DNA of 64,000 bases from Tubulanus polymorphus. Taxonomy: Eukaryota > Animalia > Nemertea. The notes under the pieces were generated by a model. It searched no databases. It had not been told where the DNA came from and saw nothing but the letters and a program-made list of their open reading frames with translations. A program made the position numbers and the translations under genes. The first letter of the stretch is position 1. The number at the start of each line of letters is the position of its first letter. The stretch spans positions 13,627,807-13,691,806 of the forward strand of contig NC_134031.1 of the NCBI RefSeq assembly GCF_964204645.1. The letters are read 5' to 3'. This document shows, piece after piece, positions 39,301-54,300 of this stretch.

Positions 39301-42300
39301 TGAATAATTGAAACATTGTTTTCAGTCATTTTCAGCTGTTTCTAATGTTTTACGTGAACGGAGTGACAATTTGAAGTCACTATGAAACTGAAAAGAGTCG
39401 GCGCTATTTTTTCGTACTACTATTTTCGATCCATTTTACTAGCATTGGCATGACACGTCATAGACGTCAACCAATGCTAAAAATGGAGTCGATTTTGTGT
39501 GAAATTTTGATGAAACTGACTTTCACCACTTCCCTGGATCAACTATGACCTAACAGCATTCAACACTTTATTTTCATGAACATCAATGAAATATTTCACC
39601 ACCTTTCCCAACAGACCATTGACTTCTTACCACAACGATTCAGTAATTTAATTCCAAAAATATAGCTGCAAAGCAGCGATAGCGGGTTTTCTGCACAGTC
39701 TTAGAATCCTGTTCAATGGTTAACACAGTTTTATAAGAGGAAGCTCGACAAACAGTCAATTTGACCTACATTAAACCATGGACAACTGGACCAGATGGTC
39801 CTATTTGACTCTGGAAAATCCACTGTTAGGCGATAATTTCTCTTTATGATTTCGACAAAGCATTTGATAAGGTACAACATCAGCCATTACTAAACAAGGC
39901 TATTAGGAAACAGTATCGATGATAGGTCGGCGAAATGGCTCAGCATTAACTCTGAATGAAAACTTGTAGCCGAAATCAACGTAGCGCCTCATCTTGGAAT
40001 AAGTCGGTCTAACTAGTGGAGTCACGGAAGGTAGTATCCTAAGTCGTCTTCTGTTTAATGTCCTGACAAATGACATACACAGTAATACAAAATGTACCAG
40101 ACCGAGTAAATTTCCAAAACGACCTTAACACGCTGTTCGACCAAAAATCTTAATGATCCAACAAGAAAATCTTGTTCGAATAAAAACAATTCTGTTTGAT
40201 CGAACAATACGCTTTTTGTTTGAAGCAAAACTTTTCTACATTCTGAAAGCTTTGTTATTGTTGAAATGAAAAACTTTTTGTCCCGGCAAAAAAATTTGGT
40301 TGAATGAAAACAATTCTGTTCGATTGAACGAAATACTTAATACTTTTGGTTCGGAGAAAAAACTTTTTACAATATACTTGTTCGAACGAAAAACTTAATG
40401 TTCTGATAAGAAAATTCTGTTCAAATTAAAACGATTCTGTTCAATCGAACGATTGTTTCGAACGAAAAACCTTTCGTTTGGAAAAAAAAGTTTGTTCAAC
40501 TTTGTTCTAATGATTTTTTCAAATTGGTTCAATCGAACAGAATATTATTGGTTGGAACGAAATCAATTTTGTTCCGACGAAAGAATTTTCAAGCGAAAGG
40601 TCTTTTGAACGAAAAAAAAGATATTTCTGGGGCTCCGCAGTAACTTAAAGCCAGACGTAGGTCGGCCTTTTGACGCGATGCGATTCTCGCATTGCGTCGC
40701 AAGTTTCAGTGCAAGTCGGTTGCGATACGATTGTCAGCGACTGTGTGCGACTATTTTCTGCCAGTCACAAGAGCGCATAGGTTGGTTGTGACAGACGTGC
40801 GACTCCTTGTGACTGGCGTTGCTGAAAGTCGCAACCCGTCGCAAGGGAGCGTATGTCGATGAGTCGTTGCGACACAATTGTCGCTGGCGGTCGCAGTGAT
40901 TGGCGTCGCAGTGAGTCACAAGCCGTCGCAAGGCCGACCTACACCCGGCTTAAGTCATTAGGAATTAATGAAACACCAGTTTCATTTATGATGAAAAAAC
41001 TCAAATAAAAAGTCTGGCTTATAAAGCTGTCTGCTCAGACGAAATTTTCAAAAAAATCTTCATTTTTGGAAATAAAATTGATAATTGTGATTGATCGTTG
41101 CAAGTCACAACCAGTTAATCACTAATCAACATGCATTTTAATAAATCTGATTCCTCCTTTACAGTGGACTTAGCTTTAACCTAGTAGAGGCTACTAGCCT
41201 ATGTAGGCCTATGTATATGCGTAGGCCTAACATCCGGACAGATTGGTCGTAGGCCTATTGAATAACAACCCTCCTAAATATCGTAAATTTTGTTTTGAAG
41301 TTCAATCCCATGAGTCCGTTAATAAACGCAACAATTATACTGTGTTTGTTTGAGACAGTAAAGCTCAGTACCGGTAGGCCTAAACCTAAAGGTCGCGTAA
41401 AACTCGATAAAAACTTCAAGCGACACAGCGAACGATCTCCTTTCCTCCACAGCCAACGCTTACTCCGAATGTCAAGTGCGAGTCCAGCATACGGATAGGA
41501 GTGTGTTATATACTTGTATTTAGTAAATACCTTGTGCATTTGACAATGATCGGTATGTACTGTAGGAAATATAGAGAATTGATGGTATTGATATAGAGGT
41601 TGAAGCCCGCGGCCGAATAAAGTAATATATTCTTTTATTTTGATACCTCGTCGACACAACAGCTTTTCTCCGCTATATCTCTTCGGCGTGTTTAGTTTAG
41701 GCCTACGACTCCCCGGTACACTGATGATTATCTTAATTATGTAAATTTGGTAAAGAAAAATAGGTATTGTTAAACTAATTGCTTGAAGCCCGCAGCCAAA
41801 TCACTGGTAGTAATAAATTAATTTGTACTCGATTTGATTCTCATGATGAGGAGAAAGTCTCCGCTGATCCCCGGAACGACGATGTAGTGACACATGTCCA
41901 TTCATCGATGTTTACGGCTTGACAGTGCTTTTAAAATCTAATGTAGTTAATTTCCTGTATATTGGTAATATGATTTGAGGAAAATGGGCTATTGTTAAAA
42001 TTAGTTTTTAACTAGGGGTCCAGGGACACCATGCCCACTTGGGAAGTGGTTTCAAATGCTCAACAATCTAACAATTTCAACATTCACCGCCCCCTGGTGA
42101 CCATATACAAAAACCAATGATCTTGAAACTCACCACAATCATAGAACATGTCAGCAGCTACGATTTTGTAATTGATTGTGATAACAAAATATGCCTCGTT
42201 ACCAATTTAATATGGAAATACTAAGTCATTCTACTATTCAAAGCCCCCTGGTGACCATATTCAAAACCCGATGACCTCGAAACTCACCACAATCATAGAA

Positions 42301-45300
42301 CATGTCATGAACTACAACTTTGCAATTGATCATGGTAACAAAATATGCCTAGGTACCAATATAATAAGGAAATACCAAGTTATTCTACTATTCAACGCCC
42401 CCTGGTGACCATATAGAAAAACTTATGTCCTTAAAACTCACAACAATCATAGATGATGTCATGAGCTACAACTTTCCAATTGATTGTGGTTACAAAATAT
42501 GCATAGGTACAAATTTAATAAAGAAATGCTAAGATATTGTATTATTCAACGCCCCCTGGTGGCCATATACGAAATCCAATAACCTTGAAACTCACCACAA
42601 TCATAGAACACGTTATGAGCTACAACTTTCTAATTGATTGTGGTAGCAAAATACGCTTAGGTATCAATATAATGTGGAAAAACTTTTTCCCACTTACGAA
42701 TGAGTACTGGTGACACCAAGATGGCCGCCAATTGCGTCATAATTGGCTGATGAAAAATACCTGTCTCAGGTATAAAACATCCCTTTCCAAAGAATATCCA
42801 TCACAAATTGTAATGAGAAATGGCAAACCAGTAGGAAGCTACAGAACTCAGAATTCGGGCCAAAATTAACATTTTTGGGCACTAAAAAGGTCATAGGAAG
42901 GCCATCTTGAGTCCGACCGACCCAATTTTTGTAATGTTGATGGGCCCTGGGGGGATTCACATATATCCGAAAGATCAAGGTAATTGATCAAAGCGTCAAA
43001 TTTCCCTCAAAAAGTTCAAAAATGTGTAAAAAGTGCTGATTTTGGCGAACAACAATGACTGCCAGTCGGCCATCTTGATTCTGACAGGGCCAGTTTTTGG
43101 GCTGAAGATGTGTCTAGGGTAGATACATGTGTAACCCAAATATCAAGACGTTACCTTGAAGCGTCTTCAAAACTTCCCAAAATAACTGGATTCCGTCTAC
43201 GGACGGACGAACGGATGGACGACGGACGAAAAGTGAACGCAATAGCCCGCTGGGACTAAAGTCCCAAGTGGGCTAAAAACCGCGGCTGAATGCGCAATCG
43301 TTGGGTAATAAATTTGTTAATTTATGCTTGAATTGATAATCGATGTGACAAGAAATGTGCGGTAGATTTCGGAGAGACGACTTAGAAAAAAAAACATGTC
43401 GGCTCTTTGAATGGGGCTCAATTTTGGATGTTTACGGCCCGACAGTGCTTTTGTAACGTTGATTCTTCAAAATTCGCACGGAGTATCTGTAGATCTGAAT
43501 GATATCAGACGGATTGTATCGGCAACAGCGGTAATGTAAAAAAGCCTATGTACTTTTGACAAAAAAGTGTGGAAAAAAATAATAATAATGATAATAATAA
43601 TAAGAAACACGCGAATCTCAATAGGGTTTTCTGTGATGTAACAGAAAACCCTAATTATGACAAGCAGCCAGTCGGCTGATACAGTTCTGCTGCTATACGA
43701 TAAGATTTCAAGTGTTCAAATCCGGAAAACAGTTCTATAACTTTTTAGCCCTTGGCCCATAGTATCTACATACCGAGCTTTGTCAAGCTCGAATAATGAT
43801 TGTAGGACTAGTAGCGATTGAAAGATTTTACAAGCGCCATCTGTACAGCGCCTCTGAAGGTCAAATTGGGGAAATGGCTCTATAACTTTTTAACGCTTGG
43901 CCCATATTAATTTCAAACCAAGTTTGGTCAAGATCAGAAAAGAACTGTAGCGCTAGTAGCAAATTAGCACTAGTAGCAATATCATAATTAACTCAGCAAT
44001 GTCTTGTGTAGAAACATAGAATCCCGAGAACCTACTGAATGTGGTATCTATAAAATTCCCTGTAGTCAATGTGAAAAGGCTAACATCAGAGAGATTGGTT
44101 GGTCAGTTTGTACACGAATAAAAGAACAAAGATGTGATGTTATTAATGCCAAATTGGAAAGTTCAGTGATTACACATACTTTTGGAACAGGTCATACATT
44201 CAGTTACAGTCAAAGCAAGTTAAAATATCCATGCAATGACCTTAGAAAAAGACACAATATAGAATCAGTTATTATCATAGAAAATCCCAATACTGTGAAT
44301 TCTAATACAGGTTTACTATTTGTCCTAATCGTATATCCTTGTGATTGATTCTCAGCTCCTGGTTCCCTTCTTTGGTAACCACCACATTTTTGCATTACTG
44401 CAATTCATAATTGTATCATTTTAGTTTATCTGATGATGGGGTTTAGAAGTAACCCTGCAACTGCCAGATAATAAACGTTTGTATATATCTGCTGTGGCTT
44501 TTTATCTGTTTACTCTACACTGAGATTAATATCAGTTCACTATAGTTGAGTCACAAGTTCATGGTAGAACAGTTTTTGATAATGATGTTGATGGGAAAAC
44601 CCTTCTAGAGGGATTTCCAAGTGATGTCCTTCTCAACTTAAACTTGCTCTTTCTTTCCAATTTTGGTTACAATTAGGTATGAATGCTGAATTAATGTCTT
44701 TTTCTTTTGATGGCATACACAGTCAACTTTAAATTGTTAATCATTCATAATATAGGTATAAGTGGATCACACGTTCTGCTGGGTGTCCAGGGGTTGAATG
44801 CATGTGACTTCTATTTTGAAAATGTTCAGTTAAGTTAAGTAATTAAGAGGGAGCCCACTTTTGCTCACCCAAATGGCTTTTGTTGGGGTGCCATATGTCC
44901 TTCTGAAGGGCTTTCCCTGTGATTTCATGAAACAAGATCAAGCATCAGTTAGTAGAATCGGGAAAAATTCATTGATTACAATTTATGCTACCAAGAGCTA
45001 ACAAAAAGTTACTCTCAGGACCATTCTACAGTTGATCCTAAAGATGTGTAAAATGTACGGATTTTGGTGAACAAAAATAGCCGCCAGTCAGCCACCTTGA
45101 TTCTGACCGGGCCAGTTCTTGGGCTGAAGGTGTGTCTAGGGTAAATACATGAAAAATCAAAATATCAAGACAATCCATTGAAGCATCTTCAAAACATCCC
45201 AAATGATAGAATTCTGTCTATGGACAGACGAAGAAGAACACAATGTAGGCTAAAAAGAAGTGATAGAGAAATATTCTCTATGCATATTCTCTAAGACACT

Positions 45301-48300
45301 GAATATGCTAGTCACCAGTGAAAATCATAATAGAGTAAAATAAATGCTTTAGTTGATATATGAAGACAAGAGTACGTATTGATTCTTTTTCACTGATAAT
45401 CAAGAGAATATGCATGCAAAATCCCTTTATCAATAGCTTTTCCGGTCAGCAAGACCTGAAATGTAAATTCTTTATTGTCGCAGGATCTTCAACAAAGTTT
45501 TGACCTTAAAATGTTATAAATTCAACATACTTGTCTCAGTTCAGCATCCGTGAGTTGTAACATTGTTTCTATCGTAATACGATGCCTGGCAAAATGCGGT
45601 ATATATTCTCCAGCATTAGACTGTTCCAGTATCTTCACTACCGATATTTCCAACATTTTTTCCTACAAATACCAGAGCCATATTATCTAGGAGTGGTGTA
45701 ATGGTGAGCAGTCAAGCCAAGTTCTTATAAATGTGCTTCACATATGCACAGCACATATTTATGAGCAACTAGCAAGCAAATTATCTATCCATGTGGTTCC
45801 TTGAGTGCATGTTATCATCATCATTATCATCAGATTTCAGGCCATAGTTTGACTGCATCTTGCCCATCCTCTAAGGATGTTTTGATATATGTAGTAAAGT
45901 CGGGCCTTGATAATCTCATCAAATTTTTAATTATACTTACTACATCCATCAGAGCTTTCGGCTTCCTATCCATTAAACGCTGATACTGAATTAACCAGTA
46001 ATCCTTTTGATCATCTTGACGTTGACTTTCCATTTCATTCTATAAAACACAACACAATACAATTGTGCACAAATTTTAGAAAAATATTACAGGTATACTA
46101 CATTCTTCTCAACTTAAACTTGCTCTTTCTTTCCAATTTTGGTTACAATTAGGTATGAATGCTGAATTAATGTCTTTTCCTTTTGATGGCATACACAGTC
46201 AACTTTAAATTGTTAATCATTCATAATATAGGTATAAGTGGATCACACGTTCTGCTGGGTGTCCAGGGGTTCAATGCATGTGACTTCTATTTTGAAAATG
46301 TTCAGTTAAATTAAGTAATTCAGAGGGAGCCCACTTTTGCTCACCCAAATGGCTTTTGTTGGTGTGCCATATGACTGAAACAGCCCTTTTCAGGATGGAA
46401 AGGCAATTGTAATATACATACAAGTCTATTTCTCAGTTCCTGTTCTCTTTTATCTCGTTCCCGCATCAATTGTAATAACAGCAAGGACAAGGCTTGTCGT
46501 TTATCTTCCAGAATGTTCTATAACATTAAGAACAACATGGCATTATAAAGAATTGCATTTTCATTCATATTGAGTTTGATTTAGCATATTTGCACTCAGA
46601 AAACTGCCGGCACCAGGTGAGCCCCAGCAGAAGAAAGGATAGCAATTTTCATATTTACCTTTTCGTTTTGGAATTTTTGATCACGTTTTTCAACCTCCAA
46701 TAGAGTGAGCTGAGATAACTCTTGTTGAATGAGTTCAATCTGTTTGCTAACACGATGGTGTTTGGAGTCCTTCTGCAGCTGTAATGCTATAAATGCATTA
46801 CGTTGCATCTCTTCCTCGTCATGCAATGATTTCACCAGTTCACTTTTATCCACATCTCGGTTTAACAGCAACTCACTTAAAGCTCCATCTACCATACATT
46901 CACTGTCAGAATAGAAATCACTCTCATTTATCCATAGAGGTTTTTAATACCCTAGCATTTGTTGTTTAAACGAACCAAAAAACGAGATGATAGAAATAAA
47001 ACAATTATCAAATGAACATTCATTTGATCTGACGTTTTGAGTCTACACTAAGACTCACCTTCAGGAAAATATCGCTGAATTCAGTTTCGCTGAAGTGAAT
47101 TTTAGTCAAGACTCAAAACATCAGGTAAAATTATCTCAAAAATATTTTACAGATCTATGCATGAAGACTAAGATGGCCGCCAATTACATAACAATTTACT
47201 GAGCTAGTGTGGCAGAGTTTCATGCCGAGTTTAGCAATGCCATCAGGTACGAATCCCTGCCAAGGGAGGATGCAACTTACAGGCCAGGTTTACTTGCATG
47301 CCGATAGATATGGTAGATTGACTAAACCAATCTCTCAAAACATAGGTACACTTATTTCAACACACTTACTCATTTAATGCGCGTTTTGCAGCTTCGTTTG
47401 TGTTGTAAACGTAATTCAGGCGAATTCGTTCAAACATCTCACTTTCAGAAATAACTTTCTCCATTGCAGCTATTTGGACACACAAACAAACTGGTTATCA
47501 TATTTTTAATTCTAGACTGATTTCCACAACTGTGAATCGCTGAGAAGCAAAATGCAAAACTAACCTATGACTTCTTGTTTTCGCAATAATGCTTCTTCTT
47601 CTTGTCGCACTTTGAACCATTCTTCTGCTTTTATGCGTTCTTTTTCCATTTTATCCATGGTTTCTTCCCGTTTGCGATGTTTTTCGTTCATTTCCAAAAT
47701 ATGCTGCGTTAAATTCGATGCATTCCTTTCGGCTAATATGAAATAAAGAGGAGAACACTCATGAAAGAACAAACATTCTACCACCTGCCTTGCAAGTGTC
47801 CTTCCTATTAGTCCTTATTATAACTGTGGTTTGACATACAACTCACCTTCATATAGTTTATCAATCATATCTTTACGGTTCAGTTCCTTTTGTAGTTGAA
47901 GAACATTTAAATCATTGTCCAACTTATCTTGACCCTACTCATATAAAGTATATAATCACACAGTAAATAATGAAATATATGATGAAAAATAAGGTTTGGG
48001 CTATTTGTATGCATGTGCAACATTCAAATGTAGGCCTACCTTTGATATTTCTGTGAGGATATTTTGTTTTTGAGATTTTGCAACAGCTGTCAGATGGGCT
48101 TGCTGCCTCTGTTCATTTTCAATTTGTTTCTCCAGCAATAAAGTGTCAGCTTTCTTCTTTTGCTACAATTAACAATATTATGACAAAACGATATAGGTAG
48201 AAGTATTAATATTTCAACAGTACATAGGCAATGTGTAGATGTATACCTTTGAAAACTGGTACTGCTCCATCAGTGCTTCCTGAAATGTAATTACCAAATT

Positions 48301-51300
48301 ATTATTTTTCTTATTACAATTACACCAATGGCAGGATTCATAAATAGTCCATGCAAATGAAGAGAAATGTCCTGTACTCATTGCACACAAATACAGCAAT
48401 GGCAGGATAATAAATAGTCGGTACAAATGAATATAAATGTCCTGTACTCATTGCTTTTTGTATAGGTAGACAGTTTGTTTGATTTGCAATAAAAGGTGGT
48501 GGCTTCAAACCAGGATCGGATCCAGCAATACACACAGTCTTTTTGGTTTTCAAAAATCTGTATTTCTAACAGTAAAATTTGTATTACCTAAGATATTACC
48601 TGTATGACAAAATTAAACATGTGATTGTGGTTAATGACTAGAATGATTAAGCACTAGGAGGAGGGCAACCAAGTTCGGACCTCGAAAAAATTTAAGTTAA
48701 CCTACCTAGAACCCAGAAATTTCTCATGAAACATGAGTTGAACCGGTGAGACTGAACCTGACAGCGCCCCCAGTCAACACCCTCCTCCATTCTATTGTTT
48801 GAAACGAGGAGACTCCATATATCAAACTTTGCTGCCCTTGATGAAAATATCAGCATTAAGCTTGCCATATTACACGACCGTCCAAGATTTTTTTTTAAAC
48901 TGAGGACTTCACCAAACGAATGAGTCAACCCGGTATGCACTCCATCTAATTGAGGAGCTAATTACAAGAGCTAGCCTAGCTGCTCTAGATAAGATAAATC
49001 AACTCAGAAACAAAAGGAAAACCCTTAATTTATTCAGGGCCCAGTCGACATTTGTCAGGTTTGACAGTGCCCTGTCGACAAAAATCGACATTTCTAATGG
49101 CAGTTTTATTTTTAGTTTTTCGTATAGAATTCTGCAGAGAAACCTGCCGCAGATGGCTTGATTGAATGTCTGCGCCCATTAGTATGTTTTTATGCTGCCT
49201 TTTTGTGGTGTTGCAAATAAAAATATTTGAGTTTTTTGCACTTGAAAGTAGTGGGTACCTATCTGGAGGTCATGTGATCTAACTATAAGCTCATTTTCTA
49301 AACATAATTACCGATATGATTTTTACTTCTGACAGTAGACATAAAATATTCTATTGTCAGCTGTTAGGTGAGACTAGATACCCGATTTGTTCGTTCTCAA
49401 TACCTGAAATTTAGGGCGTTATCAAATAAATAGGTCACCAACTATAAACTATGCAAATTAGTTCATTTCCACAAGATAGAGGTCACTTTCAGTAAGAAAA
49501 ATCGCCAAAATTTTGTAGTGTCATACCTTACAGACTTTTAAATTACCATAAAGCTATATCTCCTGGAGTTTTCACTTCATGGAGCTCCAATGGTACTACT
49601 GATTTTCCTACTTATTAGTTAACAATGACCGGCAATCTGAGGGTTTTCTCAAATCACACAAGGGCACTGAAAGAGTTAAAAGGACAAACTGATCTCCTTC
49701 GGCCAAATTGAAAAAAACCGCTTCACAATTTAGCTAACGACCAGTTTCAAGATTCAGTTAAAATCTCCTGGGCGTAGAAAAAGGATAAGAGACTCCAGGG
49801 ATAATACAACCCCCGAGCAGAGGCCCGTCATTTATGACTCGATGAGCCACCACTGATCCCGTTGCGAGCGTACCGATCTGACCAGACGGATCCCCAAAAT
49901 AAAAAGAGGCAAAAGGAGGTCGCCATTCTTCTTACTTGATGTGGCGACACTTTAGGAGGCACAAAGCCCTCTAGAGCTAAGGGCTCCTTTATCAATCCTT
50001 AAACCCACCCAGCGATCTTTAGATATTTTGACTTTGGCAGTATCTGAAATCGAAATAAATCGACAAACACTTTAACCTCTCTTAGGGACTCCCTGGTCCA
50101 GAAACGCAGGGCTCTAACTGGACATAAGGAATGATGTGGGAGATCTCAAGGTACACGATGGGAAAGCCCTCTTCCACACAAGCCCAGTCATAGCAAGCAG
50201 CCGCAAAAAATCAGTTATCTTCATCACATCCAACCAAGAAGCCCTTGACAATGGTTCAAAAGCCTAACCCATCAAAAACCTCAGGCACCCATGGCCTTGC
50301 AATCCCCAGACCTATCAGATTTGAAATCCTTAAATCAACTGTGAAGTCAGGAAACCAGAGAAGCTGACCATATGAGCAACTGCTGATCGTGATCACTTCA
50401 AACCTTGATTGGTTAAGAGATATCTATGAACTAACCTAGGGAGCGCAAGAATCGATCTGCCGCTCACCACATCAACCAGTATAAATAGGCCATTTGGCGT
50501 TGTACACTTTATTGGTCGACTCCCAATTGGAAGCAGCAATGAGAGGCGGCCTGCTTTAAAACCCCTCCACCCTGCAGGGATTGCTGGATAACGGCCATGC
50601 ATGAAGATCCAACAACGCTCGAATCTCCTCTGCGTGAGCAGATGGAAAGTTTGGCAGAGCCCTTAGGGTTATCAACAATGTCTGTGACGGCCAACAAGGC
50701 GCTACAAGAGCCAATTCACAGTTGTCGGTTGACTCTACTTGAAATGTATCGATCAGGAGTTGGAGGAAAAGCGTAACCAGAATCTTGTCCAAAGGGAATG
50801 AACAGGCGTTGTCTTGCCAGTAGATCTGGGAAGGGGGAGACAAACACCGGGCATTTCCCATTTCGGGGTCAACCTTGTTGCGAAACATCGAAATTCGGAT
50901 CCCCATTCAGGGCACAGATCCCATCCGCAACTTCCTTATGTAGACCAATTGGTCGGAATTGCAGTGCCCTGATGTGACAACGCGTCCAACAGAACATTCA
51001 GCTTCTCTGCTAAATGGGATACCCACAATGGAATTCCTCATGCCTGACACCACAAGAAATTTACCTTAGCCGGTGCAGATAGGTTCCATGACCGGGTTCC
51101 ACCTTGGTTCTTGAGATATGCCAAGACTGTGGAATTGTCTGTGGCTAACTGGACATGACAGCCTGTGAGCTGTCTTTGAAAACAATGGAGGGCTTTCTTT
51201 ACTGCCAACATTTCCAGGATGTTGATGTTAAAGCTGCTTTGCGAACGTGGACCAACTCACTGGCTTCTGACTGGCCTCCTCTCTACAGCCACCAACACAT

Positions 51301-54300
51301 TGCCTCTGTCAAATTCGTCAATTCAAAACAGCTCAATACCGCCAAAAGCAATTAATCTGGCTTTTTTTGTTAGATTGCATTAGACAGGATTATGATCTTC
51401 AGGATTTTGAACTTTTTATGACCTCTAATTTTTAAGACAATTGGACCCCTCCAACCTGACCTAAACAGAATGGCCCGGCATGAACTCTTAGAGGTTTTTC
51501 TTATCATTGCAAATTAATTTCAATGGTATTTGAAAGGCTGAATCCAAGAACATGTGAGAACACTTGAGAACAATAAGCAATTAACAATATCAGCTACTTT
51601 TCCAGTAGTATACATTTCAAAACAGTCACTTTGAAATAGTATTGCTTTCAATTCGGTTGGTTTTCTATAGTAGCTGTTTCGAAGAGTCTACTATTGAAAA
51701 GTGAGCATTTTAAAACATCTGCTTTCGATAGTGCACACTAGCAGTAGAGGTGACTGTAAAACCACCTGCCTGTTAACAGTGACTTTGTGATAGTAACTCC
51801 TACCATAGCAGCTACTCTCAAAACAAATCGTTTCTCAAAGTCAACTATTGAAAAGTGACCATTTTGAGATCGCTTGCCAGATTCCCTGTTATAAATTCAC
51901 TGTAGCAACATATGCTTCAGATTTGCAGTGATACGTGACAATATAAACATACTGAAAACTCTACTCATGCTATAGTTTGGGGTATAGTTCTATTTAGAGT
52001 GACTCAGTTAAGATCTGAAGATATTGTAGATAATCTTTGAGGATGTGAAATGTGATGAGCGATTCCCATCTCTAACCAATAAAAGTCGAGATTGGAGTTA
52101 AATTTGTTTACAAATTGTCAATAGTTATGTAGTGTTAAGATTCTGAGAACCAGACTTAACTTCTTGAGATTTATCCCGAAACCTAAATGCCGTACGCTCG
52201 AGAGTCTCCACAACTAACGAACAGCACTGTTCTTCTGAGTGCCATATGATGAGCCAGTTTTCAAAATAGACGAACATTCTTAGGCCAAAGACTTCTGCAC
52301 TGGTTTCACCAATTTCTAGAAAGGCAAGGGTGCGGAGCTGAGGCCCAAGGGAGGCGCAAAACTGATAAATCTTGTTTCACCATTTTACCCTCAGGTACCT
52401 TGAAGACCTGGGATGAATAGGAACCTGAAAGTACTAATCTTTGAGGTTCGAGGTTGCTGCCCATTAACCAGGGCTGAGCAACTAAATTACCTCCTTTGGA
52501 GTGGTCATATGAAACTTGGGGACATAAAGAAACTTGTTAAATCTGGACAAATCTATCACAGTCTGGGGGCCTTCATGACTGTGTATATCTGGGAAAGACC
52601 AGCCAGGGATGAGATGTTGACTGGCTAGATCGCCCCTTTCCCCAACAGCACATGCAGAGCTGGGGAGATACGAGATAGTTGGCCAGCTTTTGGACACATA
52701 TTGGGAGGGTCCACTAATAAGTGGAGCTTCTCCAAAAACTTAAAACGGAAACCCTCCCATCTCTGAAACCTGTAGGACCAGCAGTTGGCATAGCTTTTTA
52801 AGCAGCCTTCGACTGGACATTCATTGCTTCTTGTCCCACTACCCCAGAATAACTCTTCTGGGGGTTGCTCCTCTGCCAACCGGCTGGATGGGGAGTCTGA
52901 AGGACGGTGATCTGAGGAACTGCTTACTCCGCGGACAGGAACTGGAGTTGGGGCAGGGAAAAAACTGCTCATGGCCTCTTCCTCATAGTATCCGGCGGGT
53001 GGCGCAAAGCGCTTGGGTCTGTCATTCAGTTTTGACCACTGCTCACTAGCCTCAGCGCCTGAAAAATTCTTTGAGGAGCCCAGGGGAGACCTAAAGAGCA
53101 GGTTTTCCCGCTCAAAGGATAGGTATCGCACTTTCTCTAAACCCTAAAGATTCGAAAGCCTTGGAGAAAGATTCAAATTTGTCTGAAGCTGTGCTATCTT
53201 AGGAGTCGCGTCTTAGCAAACCATGGCGAGAGACTTCATTACCCAGTCTGCTCCTAAGAAAAAGTCAAAAGCCGCTGATACATCCGACCCCTGAGCGGAG
53301 GACAGTACACTCAGTATCTCTTGTAACTCCCCTCCAAGGGAACGAATAGTCAGGCCCTGAAAACTCATCACCTGGGTAGCAGCCGTAGCAACTTTCATGC
53401 ATGCCTGAAAATAGGCCTACGACAGGTTTATATCCTTCACAGCCTCTAGGGTCTATCCCCAAAATGGTGGAATACCCGCCCAAGGCACCATGCGACCTAT
53501 CCCCCAGCCGATTTCTGACTGGATCAGATGGAGAAAATGGTTGCAAGGGCCTTTCCTGCAGCGGAAAGGTAAACGATGCTGGTTGAACCTTGCCCTATAG
53601 CCAGGCATCCAGTTGCTGCTGCTCTACGGCCATGCTGGTAAAGTTGGAAAAACTGGCTCAATTCCGATTTGACCACCAATTTCTGTGAACGCTTAACCAG
53701 TCATCCACCGTTTAGGGATTTGGTGCTCAGCTATGGCCTGGTCAGTATAAAACTTGCGCATACAATCATCCATGAATAATTTGTCCTCCTCCACTGCAAG
53801 GGATGTTGGACATAGTGAAGACAAATCAAAAGGTGTGTCTGAGGGCAATGGCTCCCTGGAGGTCTCTGACTGCAGGCGCGGTGGAAGCAATGTTTTATGG
53901 CTGCGGCAAAATGCCGATTTTGGACAGATTCTTAATATTGCCGCGGCGAATTGACTTAATTTCTTCAAAATAGTGGTATTCAAAGAAAAAAAACGTCATT
54001 CAGTAAATTAATGCCGCGGCTTTCGCCACTGCAGTCGCTGCACTTCCACTGGACTGCTCAGATCACTGACTCCCTTCAGATTTGAATCGATTCATCTGGC
54101 TATCCAGGAATTCATTAAGCATCGCCACGGATGCAACGGTGGGCCCTGAATTCCTGAACAGGAGTTGAAAGTTAAATTGTTACTATCTGATAATCCTGGA
54201 ATGCAAATACACTGCCTTTTCACACCTGATTATTTTTGGGTATATATATTTGTGAAATACAGTTTTCCGGCGGTGCATTTCTGTTCTGTATAAAGAAACT

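Larger units (their letters stand above)
39658..43654 (-). mobile_element. Helentron-type element, family B, with nested inserts (LINE RT fragment ~39800-40090, MITE, family A HINE)
   Basis: Ends match those of 55125-59546: TAGGGTTTTCTG..CAGAAAACCCTA plus (TTA)n at one end; AGAAAACCC plus GCTGCTTTGCAGC hairpin at the other. Confidence 0.6.

Noticed and set aside
49066-49669. hAT-like MITE (CAGTGCCCT...AGGGCACTG)
   Set aside because: Only 9-bp inverted ends and no target-site duplication found; not enough support.
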